Positions 62,481 to 64,000 of a stretch of 64,000 nt of DNA are shown here, in pieces; positions within the stretch are counted from its first letter, which is position 1; each line of letters begins with the position of its first letter. The DNA comes from Convolutriloba macropyga (Eukaryota), in NCBI RefSeq assembly GCF_964194025.1, contig NC_134473.1, forward strand, positions 70,866,001-70,930,000, read 5' to 3'. Below the pieces are notes generated by a model. It did not search any database. It had not been told where the DNA came from and saw only the letters and a program-made list of their open reading frames with translations. Both the position numbers and the translations under genes were made by a program.

Positions 62481-64000
62481 TGGATGTAAATAACCAGACA
62501 AACAAAGTCAACAGAGTAAAAATGTTACACTCTCTTCACAACTATTCATTTGTCCAACACCACATCCACAGGAGAAACCCACTCATCCACATGAATTCGC
62601 GTCTCCAATATGCTAACACAAAGCTCACTTCACCCTACTACAAAAATTATAGCTATTATAGCAAATTATTGTGAAGGCACTATTCGCAATTTCGGTTCGA
62701 TAAAGAACTACTTACTGTTCTCGTCACTCTATGCAAAGACCAGCCGTCCAATTCTTGATCCGATCGAATATCTCAAGTGTCTGTAGAGGGAGGAGCCACG
62801 AAGCGCATGTACAGCAACACCACCTTCAACCTCCTCTACAGGGACTGGATAACGGACAAGTTGGACAATCGCCAACCGTCAGCAGAGGAGACACAGGTCC
62901 TCAACCATCTTCTCGCGTTGCAGCCACACTGCAATGTCGACCTCTTCCCTTGTGCCCTTGCAGCTTACCTGGCACGTGATCTTGTAATTTTGGATTTTTT
63001 TCAGGGATCCTGACAATCAGGCCCTTGATTTTGAGTTCCAATATCGGACGTAGGCCACAGCCCTAAAACATCGGGCTCACAGTCCCTCAGAAACTAAAGA
63101 CTGACTAATCTTCCAAACTCACTTAAAATTTTTATTTTTTCTTTTCTTTCTATTTCACTTCCTCTACATACACTATTTCCTTTCTATATTCCTTTCTTCT
63201 TTGCCACATTTGAAGATTGGGATCAGTTATTTTCTTCTTCCTCCCGGTCGGGGCTTACTAAGTACGCATTAAATTTAAATAATAAATTTAATAGGGAAAG
63301 TAGTTCACACAGTAGCAAAAAGATGGATTTCCACCTGAAGATAAGCTGGTAAATCCGACCGGTTCAAACCTTGTATCAGATGGAGATAAACAGAAATCTC
63401 TTGGTACAAACCAGACATAGACTACAGACTACAATCGATCCTCCAATTGGCAACAAATCCTCGCTACATGACAGTGAGAGCAGTTGCATATTCTAACAGG
63501 ACTGACTTTACTGGCCAGCTAACCTTGTAACTGGCACCATCACTGGCTCTACAATCAGGCGAATCCTTCACTGACGACACTAGTCATTACCTAACTGGCA
63601 ACGACTTCAGACGACAGCACAAATCACAACCCTACTTCAAAGAGGACATAACTCTTCACTCCACCATTAAGCGAGATCGATACATCCAGCGTATTTCGGC
63701 TACAGCCCACAGATTCGGATATGAAATTCAAAACCCCGGATGGATATAGCAGTAGAAATAATAGATGTACACTTCCAGCCAATCACAGACTGAGAAGACA
63801 CTATTCTTTTTTAAATAGAGAGAACTCCACTAACTAAAGTTAGTCTAATAGAGTAGTTACACGATGTGTATACCTCGGACTCTGGGGCTAACCCTTTTAT
63901 ACATCGTTATAATTGAAGTATACCTTCAGTGTTTTACCAAGTCGGTTAGTCTGAGAGACATAGGTAAGCCTACTTCGCGCGCAGAAATACGTAGCCGTAG

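Larger units (their letters stand above)
58573..64000 (+). mobile_element. Older LTR retroelement with no recognisable pol, carrying an env-like remnant and an accessory ORF; the 3' LTR runs off the window
   Basis: Direct repeats 58573-~58875 (starts TGTAGCAG) and 63745->64000, about 89% identical by eye; TGGTGCGACC PBS-like site at 58876. Confidence 0.85.

Noticed and set aside
61495-62501. Overlapping alternative-frame and antisense ORFs
   Set aside because: Expected by-products of the C-rich 360-aa ORF.

Overview
AT-rich, repeat-dense eukaryotic DNA, most likely from an invertebrate animal (inference; the species cannot be identified from the sequence). There are no prokaryotic features. 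Two intron-rich host genes converge at about 38 kb. Both were pieced together by hand from splice sites and reading phases. Gene A is a + strand gene of unknown function (exons ~10.3-37.9 kb, one GC-AG intron). Gene B is a - strand divergent rhodopsin-like 7TM/GPCR candidate (exons ~58.5-38.5 kb, including a 28-nt microexon; its 5' end is not found in the window). The introns hold: (1) an intact, very young Ty1/copia element (16228-22064; identical 407-bp LTRs, AATCA TSD) with a half-tRNAiMet PBS plus a second site that could anneal almost the whole 39-nt primer; (2) an older LTR element (58573->64000) with no recognisable pol, carrying a decayed gB/chuvirus-like class III envelope remnant and an unknown accessory ORF; (3) a decayed APE-RT LINE; (4) more than 20 copies or fragments of two non-autonomous Helentron-type (HINE/DINE-1-like) families that all point the same way in both oppositely transcribed genes, some carrying a ~170-185 bp satellite or G-quadruplex cores; (5) MITEs, zero-loop palindromes and young tandem duplications (1767 bp and 402 bp).
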